DNA from: a virus
Lineage: Duplodnaviria; Caudoviricetes
Reading direction: 5' to 3' (one strand)
Virus record (IMG/VR): IMGVR_UViG_3300024272_000051
Location: 32,001 to 96,000 of that record
Length of the DNA stretch: 64,000 nucleotides
How positions within the stretch are numbered: the stretch's first letter is position 1; each line of letters starts with the position of its first letter. Of this stretch, positions 25,301-35,556 are shown piece by piece. The translations under genes and the position numbers were made by a program. The notes beneath the pieces are model-generated. The model worked only from the letters and a program-made list of their open reading frames with translations. It was not told the DNA's origin and did no database searches.

Positions 25301-26260
25301 CTACAAAATTGGAGAATTATACTCAATGATAATTTCTATGTCTCCAGAGACTTCTGGGATATTTACAGACAAATTAGTCCCATCTATTGAAGACACAGTA
25401 TTAGTTATATCCGTAGCCCCCATAAGAATTTGATACTTACAATCCGCATCAATCACATTCACTTCGTTAACATACGGATCGCCAGCAAAAACTGCTTTTA
25501 AAGCATTGCTCATCGTAATACCGTCGCCCTGAAGGCTATTGTACGAAAGCGATACGGAATATGTTTTTGCAACAAGAGAGGCAACCTCTGCGACATACTC
25601 ATTAAACATGGCATCTATCTCTGATGCCGTATAATAATTATCTGGGTCGGCGATAGTTGGAAGCGTTACTGATGTTGTAGTTCCATCTGTTTTTTTAAAT
25701 CTCCAAGCTTTGTTACTATATGATACAGAGGATATTCCAACGCCATTCGATCCGGTATCTCCTTTTAGGTTTGCAGAGCTTGTTCCAGAAGCAGATGTAA
25801 CAGTTAATGTAGTTCCATTCCAGGAATGAGTGCAAGAGGTGCCATCTGCACCGTTGCTGCCATTTTTGCCAGATGATCCGTTATACACATTAAAAGCAAA
25901 CGATGATCCGTCAGTTAGCGTAATAGTGATTGTGTTTACCCCGCTACTTACAAGACTTTCGGAAGTAAGTTCAATGCTCGAAATTCCGACACCATCATTG
26001 TAGTCTACGCCCTTGATAGGGGTATAGCCATCGTTTCCATTTTCGCCATTTGCACCATCTTTTCCATCAACACCATCTGTTCCAACAACCACTCCAAGAT
26101 TAATAGGTTGACCCTCAGAAAGTTCTAATATCAACTCATTGTCGTCGTTGATGTAGGCATTAGTGATGCTAACACCATCGTTGCCAGGATCTCCCTTATA
26201 GGAGTAAATTTCTGTGATTTTTCCGTCTTCGCCACGGACTCTCAAAATTGGATCTGCCAT
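25301..26260 (-). CDS. Collagen-like tail-fibre adaptor
   Basis: Gly-X-Y runs, GYTP.KGVDY, HSWNGT repeat. Confidence 0.65.
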   Translation of the reverse strand: MADPILRVRGEDGKITEIYSYKGDPGNDGVSITNAYINDDNELILELSEGQPINLGVVVGTDGVDGKDGANGENGNDGYTPIKGVDYNDGVGISSIELTSESLVSSGVNTITITLTDGSSFAFNVYNGSSGKNGSNGADGTSCTHSWNGTTLTVTSASGTSSANLKGDTGSNGVGISSVSYSNKAWRFKKTDGTTTSVTLPTIADPDNYYTASEIDAMFNEYVAEVASLVAKTYSVSLSYNSLQGDGITMSNALKAVFAGDPYVNEVNVIDADCKYQILMGATDITNTVSSIDGTNLSVNIPEVSGDIEIIIEYNSPIL

Positions 26261-26271
26261 AGTATCACCCC

Positions 26272-28956
26272 CTAATCAATAACGCGAGCAAATAGATTTG
26301 CTCCATCGTCAACACCACAACTAAATCGAATATAATGCATGTCGCTCCAAGATCCAGATACTGGAGCATTTGAACAAGTGCTGGAGTCCCAATATAAGTA
26401 TGTATCGTCGGTAGTACTATAAGCTGGGCCACCATATCCTTCTTTTAGCAAATTGGAATAATTAATCGCCTGTATTAAGGAGTGTGATGCATCATATACA
26501 CATACATAGGAAGCAGAGTTGTTCCAAGAACCACCAGTTACTTCAAGTTTTTGCCCATACTCGAATTCAATGAATCCGACAGCGGCAGAAGCTATTGAGG
26601 ATGTGGTGACTTGACCACTGGAGTTCAATCTATATTCGTTTTTATATCCAGTACCATTGAAGATGTTGCCATTTTCATCTTCAGATGTTAAGACCACATT
26701 TGCTCCACTGCTTGTAGCAACGACTGTAATGATAATATTCCCGGTAACTTTATCAATAGATATGATACCGTCAGAATAGACAGTGTCTGATATATTGACT
26801 CCACCCATAGTGACCACCACACTCTCAAGAACATACCCACTGGACGCAGTGATGTTAGCAGTGTACCTTTCGCCGTTGGAAATGGTAGTAGCACTGTTGT
26901 CGTTAGTTGCATATGTTAAGTTGTTAACAACCGACCACACATCTTCTACTTCATCGGCATATTTGATTTCCTCGTTTACAGTCAAAATACTGTTATCTGT
27001 AATATTGGCGCAACAAACGCGAATAAATGCAGTGTTTTCTAAAGATACAGAGGCACCGCTAACTGTTGCACTAATAGAAGTATTAACTGTAAAGTCTGTG
27101 CAGTTTCCAGCATTATCTACCGTCGCATTCATTTGACCGAGATACCAAGCACTATTTGCCTGTATAAATGCTATATAATTCTTTTCAGAGTCATAGAAAA
27201 CAATACGATGATTCCCGTCATTGGTAGAAAAAGACATGTCTTGCATACGGATAATATCTCCGTTTTTAACAGGAATAAATCCCGTGGTGCACACGGCAGC
27301 ATTTGTACTTTCAACACCACCATTGATGTAGGTCTTTGCCTTATATCCTGTTCCGTTGTATACGTTGCCACTGGTGTCAGTAGAAATTGGGATTTGATTA
27401 GTGCAGGCAAGGGCGATTTCCGCACTTGCGGTAATAACTACATCTCCGATTACTGATCCAATGGTTATTATGCCGTCAGAATAAACAGAAGAGGTTATGT
27501 CTTCTCCGCCCATTGTTACAAAAACAGATGTAATAATACAATGTTCACTAGGTATTAGAGTTGCAGTAAAAGACTTACCTTCTTCGGCGCTCCCTGCCTC
27601 ATTTGAAATCGTCAAATTCGACAAAGCGTTTGTGATACTATAATATACAGTGTCTCCATACCCAATTGTCCGATCCCTACCTGCTCCGTAGCAGAATGAA
27701 TAGATAATTTCTTCTGACGGATTAATAACATTAATTACAAAAGAAGTATCTTTGGCTGAGCCGACCGTCTTTAAATAATCAAGCTTTTCGCCATTAGAAT
27801 CTTTTTCCTGAAAATCAATGTCTGTATAACTGCCAACTGTTGAGTAATAATTTTCTCTATTATACTGACCGTTTGGAACACAGATACGCCAAGCATCATA
27901 CGAGACAGAGCTACTGTTCTCATAGACACTAAGCTTGTCTGTCTTGAAATTATGGACATGCCCATGAAACTGTGCTATGAACTTTGCCATATTCGCGGAA
28001 GCGAAATCAATAATGTGACTTATCTCATCCTCTGAAGAAATTGTAATTGAACTGCCTTCAACATAAGCCTTAAACAGTTCGCTGAGTGGCATCGTATTAC
28101 CATAATCAGCGGGGTAGTGAGATAAAACTATAAAGCCCCATTCGGACGCATCGGTTTTACTATTCAAATCTAATAAGGCATTCGCAAGCCAAATGCGCTG
28201 AGAGCCAAGCGTTCCTTTATCGGTTTGGTTAACAACCAAGGATTCGCTGGTATTAAGCAGAAATACTCGTAGCTTTTTATCAGAAAAGTCACGATAACAG
28301 TAGCCTCCATTTTCTACCCCACCAACTACGGTGTCTTCACTTTCAGAAAGAGCAGTGTATTGACCATACAGATAATCGCCAGTCTCGGTATATGTACCAC
28401 TGTTTCCATCACTAATCATCTGGTTATGATAGTAAATACCGGTATCATGATTGCCGATAGCATGAAAGCAGGGAATGCCCTCGTGAGATTCCTTTAGTAG
28501 TGAAAATGTATCAGATGCTTGAGATTGTAATAACTCGGAGGTTGTCTTTGCACTACCCCAAGTAGAGTCTCCTAAATGTGCCATGAAATCAAAATCTAAA
28601 ATATAAGAAAGGATCTTTGCTGCCATGGCACTATGTAGATTGCTTGTATTGGTTTGAACACCATCGGCATCTGTATATGTATCGCTGTCAGCTTGTGCAC
28701 CATATTGGTGGGTATCACTCATTGTAAGGAACACGATGCTTTCATCTCTTAAAACAGACTTCACTTCATTGGCAACACGCAAAGCTTCGGCCTTGACATA
28801 GTCTGGAATATTCGCATGAGCGATTTCCTCTGTTAGACTCAAAGCAGAAACCGCTGTTATCATATCGTCTAAGCTCAACTTAGCTGTTGTTCCTGTCTTT
28901 TCTCGGATGGCATTGGCAAGGTTTGTCATTTTTTGATTTACTTCATATACAGCCAT
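26272..28956 (-). CDS. Tail-associated metallophosphoesterase with Ig-like repeats (RBP 2)
   Basis: SDTH, LGD, GNHD, SH, GHVH calcineurin-like motifs; duplicated VTMGG and YNGTGYK units. Confidence 0.8.
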   Translation of the reverse strand: MAVYEVNQKMTNLANAIREKTGTTAKLSLDDMITAVSALSLTEEIAHANIPDYVKAEALRVANEVKSVLRDESIVFLTMSDTHQYGAQADSDTYTDADGVQTNTSNLHSAMAAKILSYILDFDFMAHLGDSTWGSAKTTSELLQSQASDTFSLLKESHEGIPCFHAIGNHDTGIYYHNQMISDGNSGTYTETGDYLYGQYTALSESEDTVVGGVENGGYCYRDFSDKKLRVFLLNTSESLVVNQTDKGTLGSQRIWLANALLDLNSKTDASEWGFIVLSHYPADYGNTMPLSELFKAYVEGSSITISSEDEISHIIDFASANMAKFIAQFHGHVHNFKTDKLSVYENSSSVSYDAWRICVPNGQYNRENYYSTVGSYTDIDFQEKDSNGEKLDYLKTVGSAKDTSFVINVINPSEEIIYSFCYGAGRDRTIGYGDTVYYSITNALSNLTISNEAGSAEEGKSFTATLIPSEHCIITSVFVTMGGEDITSSVYSDGIITIGSVIGDVVITASAEIALACTNQIPISTDTSGNVYNGTGYKAKTYINGGVESTNAAVCTTGFIPVKNGDIIRMQDMSFSTNDGNHRIVFYDSEKNYIAFIQANSAWYLGQMNATVDNAGNCTDFTVNTSISATVSGASVSLENTAFIRVCCANITDNSILTVNEEIKYADEVEDVWSVVNNLTYATNDNSATTISNGERYTANITASSGYVLESVVVTMGGVNISDTVYSDGIISIDKVTGNIIITVVATSSGANVVLTSEDENGNIFNGTGYKNEYRLNSSGQVTTSSIASAAVGFIEFEYGQKLEVTGGSWNNSASYVCVYDASHSLIQAINYSNLLKEGYGGPAYSTTDDTYLYWDSSTCSNAPVSGSWSDMHYIRFSCGVDDGANLFARVID

Positions 28957-29780
28957 TACCATTCACCACCTAAAATAAGAGTATCCACATAGTTTTTGAT
29001 TTCGTCTTTATCTGATTCGGTCCAATAATCAATTCCCTTTTGTGGAGTATATCCATCCTCTCCATCTTGACCTTTCAAATCAACAGATGTTTCTCCGGAA
29101 GCAGATTTGATAGTCAAAACAGTTCCGTTCCAAGAGTGTGTGCAAGAAGTACCAGGCACACCATCTTGGCCGTCCTCTCCATTTTTAATGACAACTGTAT
29201 TAGATCCATTTTTATCTGTGATAGTTATGGTCGAGCCATCATCTGTTTTTTCTACAGTAATAGTGGGTGAAAAACCATCATCACCATCAGTTCCGCTTTC
29301 TCCAGAGGGGATCGTAATTATTTGATCTGAAACCTCGTTCATACCGTCCAAATTTGCTCTAAAAGAGATTTTGATTGTGTTTGCGTCAACTTGCGAGACT
29401 GTGGGTGTATAGTATCCACCATCTCCAACAGTTGGCGCAACGGTATTGCCACCGCTCGGCAAAATTTGAATCCTACAATCATCCGGCATGTCACCATCAC
29501 CGATATAGATGTCCGCAATACCATCTGTACCATTTCTAACAGTAAAGTCAACAACCTTGCCATTCGCCAGTGTAAAAGTGATCTTATTTTCACCACCGCT
29601 GGCATCGCTCTCTTCTGTTGTGATATCAACAACGCCAGCCTCTGCAATCTCTTTTAATATTCGATCAATCTTTACAATATTAGAATCGTCGGCAGAACTA
29701 TTCATTTTTGCTCTCCAATCCTTAAAGAGCGTGGAACTGTCGTCTTCGACATACAGCCCATAATTAATTGTTTCAGCCAT
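28956..29780 (-). CDS. Collagen-like tail-fibre adaptor
   Basis: T.NYGL..W..N.VKID anchor; GYTPQKGIDYWT..DK. Confidence 0.68.
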   Translation of the reverse strand: MAETINYGLYVEDDSSTLFKDWRAKMNSSADDSNIVKIDRILKEIAEAGVVDITTEESDASGGENKITFTLANGKVVDFTVRNGTDGIADIYIGDGDMPDDCRIQILPSGGNTVAPTVGDGGYYTPTVSQVDANTIKISFRANLDGMNEVSDQIITIPSGESGTDGDDGFSPTITVEKTDDGSTITITDKNGSNTVVIKNGEDGQDGVPGTSCTHSWNGTVLTIKSASGETSVDLKGQDGEDGYTPQKGIDYWTESDKDEIKNYVDTLILGGEW

Positions 29781-29828
29781 TTTTACCTCCTTTCATACAT
29801 GCTTGTATAAAATGACAGTTTGGCCTAA

Positions 29829-29990
29829 TTAGTATTCAACGCCGTAAAGATCAAAAAGATCTTTTACGGCGTTGGTTTTTAATATTTTCTTTTGTTGCCC
29901 TTGGTTTAAGGCATCATATACTGTTTGTAAGGCCAATTTTGTATTCGTTTTTGCCTCTTGTACAGCCAAAGTCAATTCTTCTTTTGTCAT
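29829..29990 (-). CDS. Small protein (53 aa) missed by the ORF track, likely tail-fibre accessory
   Basis: MTKEELTLAVQEAK...DLYGVEY*; ATGA overlap with the upstream gene; GGGGTGA RBS. Confidence 0.7.
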   Translation of the reverse strand: MTKEELTLAVQEAKTNTKLALQTVYDALNQGQQKKILKTNAVKDLFDLYGVEY

Positions 29991-30232
29991 AGTTTCACCC
30001 CAAATTCTGCAAGGGCCATTTCATAATCAGACGTAGTGGCCAATTCAGTATCACAAAAAGCACTATCTGGTGTTAATATCGGCACATCGGTCTCATTATA
30101 TACCCTATTACTCCCGATAGGATCGATTGCCTCATCATACAAAACATCGTCACGTTCAATCATATAACCACTGTCTGAGTATTTTTGTAAAAACTCAACA
30201 TCGTCAATGACTATTGTTTTTTGTACAATCAT
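29987..30232 (-). CDS. Small tail-fibre accessory/chaperone protein
   Basis: YSDSGYMI..YDEAID..Y.ET motif typical after fibre genes. Confidence 0.65.
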   Translation of the reverse strand: MIVQKTIVIDDVEFLQKYSDSGYMIERDDVLYDEAIDPIGSNRVYNETDVPILTPDSAFCDTELATTSDYEMALAEFGVKL

Positions 30233-30235
30233 ACG

Positions 30236-33200
30236 TTATACACCTCCGCAAATATCCTGATAATCTTCGATAGCTCTAAACCTTTTTGATAAAGTGCTCC
30301 AGTTAGTTGCAGACTTGTATTCGGACAGTAAGGCTTTTGGAACATATATATATCCGGTAGTTGTCAGAGAGCTGCTTGCAAAAGCTGTTGTAGACGCTAA
30401 TGCGCATACAGTGTCGCTCCTGAGAATTAACGCATCTAACGGTGTATAATTAAACGAGTTACCCTCTATTTTTGTTGCGACATGAAAATCTGCCTTTGTT
30501 AAAAATTCACACTTCCAGAATGAGCTTGTTGTTACGGTCTGTAGTTTTGTGCATACGACGCTTGTAAGTCCAGATTGAGAAAATGTGCTACTACCAAGAA
30601 ATTTCTTGATATTTGAAAAGTCAAAATTTGTTAAAGAAGAGCATTTTGAGAAAACCGCTCCGGGCAACTCTTCTATAGCAGGTGAAAGTTTAACACTTTG
30701 TAGATTGGTACACCCGTAAAACGCGCTTCCCTCCAATTCGACAACTCCTGGTAAATAGACCTCTTTTAGATCAACGCACCCATTGAATGCGCTATATCCA
30801 ACTTTACTTACATTTTCAGCATGTATACTGGACAAAGACTTGCAATCCATGAATGCACACTCTCCAATATGTGTTGCGCTTGGAAGATCGGCGACTTTTA
30901 ACGATGAGCATCGCGCAAAACAACGATCAGCCACCACGTTTAAAAGAGGGAAGGGGGTAGACTCAATGTTTGACCATTCAAATGCACCCTCATACCCATA
31001 ATCACCTTCGCCAACATCGATAAACTCAACAAGGGGGGAGTTTATGCTGTATAGATTTTTACATCCAAAAAATGCCGCTCCACCTATTGTGCGCACGCGA
31101 GGAAAATCTACATACAATAGACTGGTATTCCTATAAAATGCATATGGAGCAATTTCGCCCAAACTGTTACTACTCATATTGAAACTTGATCGAGAAATAA
31201 GATCGTCATAAACAGATATTTCCCAATCAAGCATCGGTAAATTACCAGTATACACAAACCCGAATATTTCTGCAAAGTCCAATCCGCACATATGTTCATG
31301 TTCCACATCAATTGCAACGTCTTCATAGTGGTCATCGGCCTGAATGTTAAACGGCTTTCTGCTAACACCCCTCAAATATGCGACATTATTATAGCTTCCG
31401 ACAGAGGTGCTTCTACATGTTACATATATCGCGCTACCTGCATAAAAGTCATTTTCGTCAATTATTCCATCCTCGTTTGTATCTATGTTGCGCTCAATAT
31501 AATCAGCTGCACCAGCAGTGAAACAATTGTGTACATAGAAACTTTCTATTTGCGTTTCACCAAAAAGACCAGCAGAATGCCAGCGGCTTGTTCCGTCTAG
31601 CGAATGACTTCCATAGTTTCCAGTATTATAGCAATTGTTTACTATTGTCGTGCGAGTTGATGTATCAATATCGCCTACAGCAGTAGCAAACAAGTCTACA
31701 AGGTATTCGGATTTATTTCGATCATACAGTCTTATCCAGGCATTCTCAGCTCTACCAGATCTATATGTTATATTACAGTAAGTGTCGTTATCGGTGCGCA
31801 TCGATACATCTATAAAATCATTATTTGATATTATATCAATGTCATCAATAGAAGAGCCTGCATTTTCTAAGATGCCTTTGGCTTCAAATTCAATAGTCTT
31901 TCCGCTGATAACCTCTATATCGTTGGCTTGAATTAATTTTATGCTGTTTAACATAATCGTTGGTCTTGAGCCATAACTGGGGTCAGAATGTTCTATGCTT
32001 ATAGTGGAAATACCTTTCTTTAAATTAATTCCACGTATATAGTCTTCTTTCCTTTGGGATGATGTCCCCCTGAATATATAATCTTTATATAAAAGCTCGC
32101 CATCAACATAGATATCAGCGCATCCGCCACCGGCGTTTCCGCCAGTAATAATGTTGGAGTTACCGGTTGAACTTTCGGCGTACAAATCTATGACAAGCTG
32201 ATAACGACCATCTTCTGGAACAACAACTTTTAAACACAAATCTGCACGATTTGCATTAACGGAGTTGTTCGTATAAGTCATATATGGGTAATACCCAACT
32301 CGCCATTGATACTCTGGATTGTTGTTAAAGAACAGCCTTTTACGAAATTCCTTTCTCTTAAAACCAGAAACAGTTTCGTCTATCCACCAGTTGTGATTGA
32401 GCTTCAAATATTCGTTTAAACTATCATAAGCAGCTATTTGCTCGGTAGTCATGGCCGTATTCCCATCTTTACATCCAACATACTTTACATTTTCATCAGA
32501 TGTTGGTGCAAGATCATTCCACCAATCTTGGTTAGACATTCCAGAAACTGAGGCAGAAAAATCTATTTCCACAATATCTCCAGTGTCTTTGTATCTGTGT
32601 GTACAGCCGCCAAGTCGACCGATTAAACAACCGGTAATGTCATAGCCATCAATCCTTCCTTTGTTACAACTGCATGTAACTTTGGATGGCACATCAGAAT
32701 CTTCCATATAACCGATTAAACCGCCAACATACATTCCGCTGATATACATATCTGCCTCATTAGAGCATTCATGTACAACAACAGACTTAGCATAGCCAAT
32801 AATGCCACCGATATTGGTGTAGAAAAGATGCTGGTATGCCCCTGGATTTGTGTTCAGTGGACTGTTAATGCTAACCTTGTTACAGCATCTAACAAATGTA
32901 GAGTTTTTTGCAACAGCACAAATGCCTCCAATCTTACTATTTTCACAATGGCGACCAGTAATAGTGGCTGAGCCTGATACGGTTATATTTCTTATAGTTG
33001 CACCATTAACAGTTCCGAACAAACCAACACGGAAATCTCGGTATTTATCCTCTACTTTGTCGAAAACATTGTTAAAGGACATTTCGATTCCAGATATTGT
33101 GTGTCCTTGACCGTCGAATGTACCGCAGTATGGAGTATCTGAGGTGCCAATAGCATGGCTTGACATATCTTCAATCCATTTGGTAGCACTCATATCAATA

Positions 33201-33412
33201 TCATCTGTCAGGACAGCACAAAGGTTTGATCTTCCGGCATTTACCTCGTTAGAAAAGTGCAATAGGTCTTCTGCGGACGATATAGAAATTGGCTTCATAT
33301 CTTTTAGGGCTTGTATTGCTTCTGTTAGATTTTCATGCTTAAGCCCGGTAGCATTTTCGATGCGGTTCTTTACGGCTTCAATTCTCTGCACGCTTTCAAA
33401 TTTAATACTCAT
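30236..33412 (-). CDS. Tail-fibre/receptor-binding protein 1 (GLUG beta-helix plus BspA-type LRR)
   Basis: GTFDGQGHTISG, GLFG, IGGIIG GLUG repeats; IG..AF..C..L LRRs; IYVP..Y..ATNW end. Confidence 0.8.
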   Translation of the reverse strand: MSIKFESVQRIEAVKNRIENATGLKHENLTEAIQALKDMKPISISSAEDLLHFSNEVNAGRSNLCAVLTDDIDMSATKWIEDMSSHAIGTSDTPYCGTFDGQGHTISGIEMSFNNVFDKVEDKYRDFRVGLFGTVNGATIRNITVSGSATITGRHCENSKIGGICAVAKNSTFVRCCNKVSINSPLNTNPGAYQHLFYTNIGGIIGYAKSVVVHECSNEADMYISGMYVGGLIGYMEDSDVPSKVTCSCNKGRIDGYDITGCLIGRLGGCTHRYKDTGDIVEIDFSASVSGMSNQDWWNDLAPTSDENVKYVGCKDGNTAMTTEQIAAYDSLNEYLKLNHNWWIDETVSGFKRKEFRKRLFFNNNPEYQWRVGYYPYMTYTNNSVNANRADLCLKVVVPEDGRYQLVIDLYAESSTGNSNIITGGNAGGGCADIYVDGELLYKDYIFRGTSSQRKEDYIRGINLKKGISTISIEHSDPSYGSRPTIMLNSIKLIQANDIEVISGKTIEFEAKGILENAGSSIDDIDIISNNDFIDVSMRTDNDTYCNITYRSGRAENAWIRLYDRNKSEYLVDLFATAVGDIDTSTRTTIVNNCYNTGNYGSHSLDGTSRWHSAGLFGETQIESFYVHNCFTAGAADYIERNIDTNEDGIIDENDFYAGSAIYVTCRSTSVGSYNNVAYLRGVSRKPFNIQADDHYEDVAIDVEHEHMCGLDFAEIFGFVYTGNLPMLDWEISVYDDLISRSSFNMSSNSLGEIAPYAFYRNTSLLYVDFPRVRTIGGAAFFGCKNLYSINSPLVEFIDVGEGDYGYEGAFEWSNIESTPFPLLNVVADRCFARCSSLKVADLPSATHIGECAFMDCKSLSSIHAENVSKVGYSAFNGCVDLKEVYLPGVVELEGSAFYGCTNLQSVKLSPAIEELPGAVFSKCSSLTNFDFSNIKKFLGSSTFSQSGLTSVVCTKLQTVTTSSFWKCEFLTKADFHVATKIEGNSFNYTPLDALILRSDTVCALASTTAFASSSLTTTGYIYVPKALLSEYKSATNWSTLSKRFRAIEDYQDICGGV

Positions 33413-34296
33413 TGTAAAACCCCCGTTCCGATAGAGGCAATTAATTTTTCATCCAATAAGCCGGCAGCTTGTTCGGCAATGTCGCGCTTGTCTGTTTCTG
33501 TTAAAACATAATCGTTGCCAACTGCATCTACACCAAGAGACTTCCACGTCTTTCCATTGTCATACGACACCATCCATTGTTCAGATGACTCGTCAATGTT
33601 AATAACGGGGGTGTTACCATCTTTCCCGTCTTTGCCATTGGCTCCAACAATTACGCCAAGATTGTTCTCAACCCCGTTGGAGTAAGTGAGGACTAACTCA
33701 TTATTTTCGTTAATCACTGCGGAAACAACACTTACGCCATCTTTACCGTCTTCTGGCATATTAACCAAAATACCATTCCACTTATCAACATCGCCGCTTA
33801 ATATTTTTGCAAGCTCGTCCATATTGGCGTGGTTATGCGAGTCGTTTTTTAGTTCCTCGATGTTGTCTTCTGCAAAAGTCACGCGATCCTGCAGGTCTGG
33901 AAAGGCCGCGTCATCATAGTCCGCAAAGTCCTTTGAGTCTTGGATGGTTAAAGTACACTCTCCGCTCTTAACTACAATTTGCTCAGAAGAATGTGGAATG
34001 AAGTGAAGCCAAGTACAGATGTCACCGGCAACATTTGTAATTTTACGATCAACAGGAACGGTGTATTGGCAATAGTTGTCATTATACATAGCTCCTGTAT
34101 TTTCTAATTTGATAACATTGGGAATGCCGTCGCTGCGTATATAATTTAAATATACACGAGATGTTGTGACATCGATATCGTCGATCATTTTGGGTATCAA
34201 GTAAATTATTTTCTTGTTTAGGTTTTCTCCACGATAAATTGGTTCTTTTGCGGTTATAACCAAAGACTCGTCTTTTTCAAGTTTAATATAAAACAA
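33409..34296 (-). CDS. BppU-like baseplate/fibre adaptor with short collagen-like segment
   Basis: IYRGEN N-terminal domain; GKDG repeats; WxVSYDNGKTW. Confidence 0.62.
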   Translation of the reverse strand: MFYIKLEKDESLVITAKEPIYRGENLNKKIIYLIPKMIDDIDVTTSRVYLNYIRSDGIPNVIKLENTGAMYNDNYCQYTVPVDRKITNVAGDICTWLHFIPHSSEQIVVKSGECTLTIQDSKDFADYDDAAFPDLQDRVTFAEDNIEELKNDSHNHANMDELAKILSGDVDKWNGILVNMPEDGKDGVSVVSAVINENNELVLTYSNGVENNLGVIVGANGKDGKDGNTPVINIDESSEQWMVSYDNGKTWKSLGVDAVGNDYVLTETDKRDIAEQAAGLLDEKLIASIGTGVLQ

Positions 34297-34372
34297 CGGT
34301 TTCACCTCCGTTTTTTTGTTTTCAAGTTGGGTTGTAGAGTATACTTTTGCACATACACCCTACAACCGGTAT

Positions 34373-35080
34373 TTATTGCTCAACAAATCCAAGATCATCC
34401 AGAGAAAGAGCATCAAGGTCAAACAATGTATTTAGATCTGTCTCTCCATCTAAATCAATCAATGCACGATAACATCCGCTTGAAAGCGTGGCTTCTATCG
34501 AAAACTGCATATTAGACCCCGCCGCAATCAACTTCGCTACAAGTTCATCAACTTCCGCTTGTGATACAAGCATATTGGAGATGTCGACAAATTTGATTGT
34601 TTCAAGATTGTCCAAGTCAGCAACTCCAATAATGGTCTCAGATGTGTTGGCATCCAACAGATACTGTAAGAACAAATGTATTGGATCTACATCAATATTC
34701 AACGAGCCATCTACATCAATAGGAAACTTAGAAACAATGTTGAGATCATCAGTCGAAATATAAAAGGCATTTTCTAATGATATGCTTCTAATTGCAGCCA
34801 ATTGTGCAGAAACTTCGATCTTACCAGAAAGAGTAAGGTGCTCGAAGCACCGTTTGACCATTTGGTCAATGTGTGCAACAACATCCATTCTACTCTCTTT
34901 TAATGCTAGTACTTTTTGAATGCTGTATTCTGCAAGACAACAATCCAATAAGATTTTGGCGTCAATAGAAAGAGTATCTTTAAGTGTAATGGCATGGACG
35001 ATAATATCACACACAGTCAACCGATTTCTTAAATAGACATCATAAGAGCGGTCGGTTAAGTAAACATCATATCTCTTCAT
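34373..35080 (-). CDS. Hypothetical tail/baseplate protein
   Basis: RBS; position in the tail module. Confidence 0.6.
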   Translation of the reverse strand: MKRYDVYLTDRSYDVYLRNRLTVCDIIVHAITLKDTLSIDAKILLDCCLAEYSIQKVLALKESRMDVVAHIDQMVKRCFEHLTLSGKIEVSAQLAAIRSISLENAFYISTDDLNIVSKFPIDVDGSLNIDVDPIHLFLQYLLDANTSETIIGVADLDNLETIKFVDISNMLVSQAEVDELVAKLIAAGSNMQFSIEATLSSGCYRALIDLDGETDLNTLFDLDALSLDDLGFVEQ

Positions 35081-35099
35081 ATACGACCACCCTCATAAA

Positions 35100-35498
35100 T
35101 TATGGGTTACTCACACTCAGCTTTAGCGCCCCAGGCTTAAGTGTCATAATTGTGTCCGGTTCAACAGTTCGAGGGGTGGTGAGAGCACCATACATCAAAA
35201 GGTTGCCGCCAGTTTGCGCATCATAAATAACAAAGTGTGTTACAGTACCCCAATTGGTTTCGCTTGTTGGAAAATCAATTGAGGACGTGTTAGAAATGAG
35301 GCCGTCAGTCGGAGCGCCAAGCTTTCCTGAAAGAGCCTGTCTAACATAGTCGCTGCCTGCAGGTTCTTTTGCGCCAGTACCTGCAATAGTAGGTGTTGCC
35401 GTACTAAGTCCAACATAATATGCAGTTGGAAGAGCAGGACTGGTCTTTGTCTTAAATACATTTCCAGAAACACAGTTAAGGAAATAGGTTGTATTCAT
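35100..35498 (-). CDS. Minor tail protein
   Basis: YVGLST..Y.RQ..IDFP..WGTVTHFVIYDA.TGGNLL motif common in tail modules. Confidence 0.7.
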   Translation of the reverse strand: MNTTYFLNCVSGNVFKTKTSPALPTAYYVGLSTATPTIAGTGAKEPAGSDYVRQALSGKLGAPTDGLISNTSSIDFPTSETNWGTVTHFVIYDAQTGGNLLMYGALTTPRTVEPDTIMTLKPGALKLSVSNP

Positions 35499-35556
35499 AG
35501 TTCCATCCTCCTTTGTGGACATAAATAAGAAAGCCGAGAGTGTTTACTCTCGACTA

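Noticed and set aside
23220-33412. Diversity-generating retroelement or shufflon acting on RBP genes
   Set aside because: No reverse transcriptase, no near-identical TR/VR pair and no inverted cassettes seen; RBP similarity is at protein level only. A distant DGR cannot be excluded
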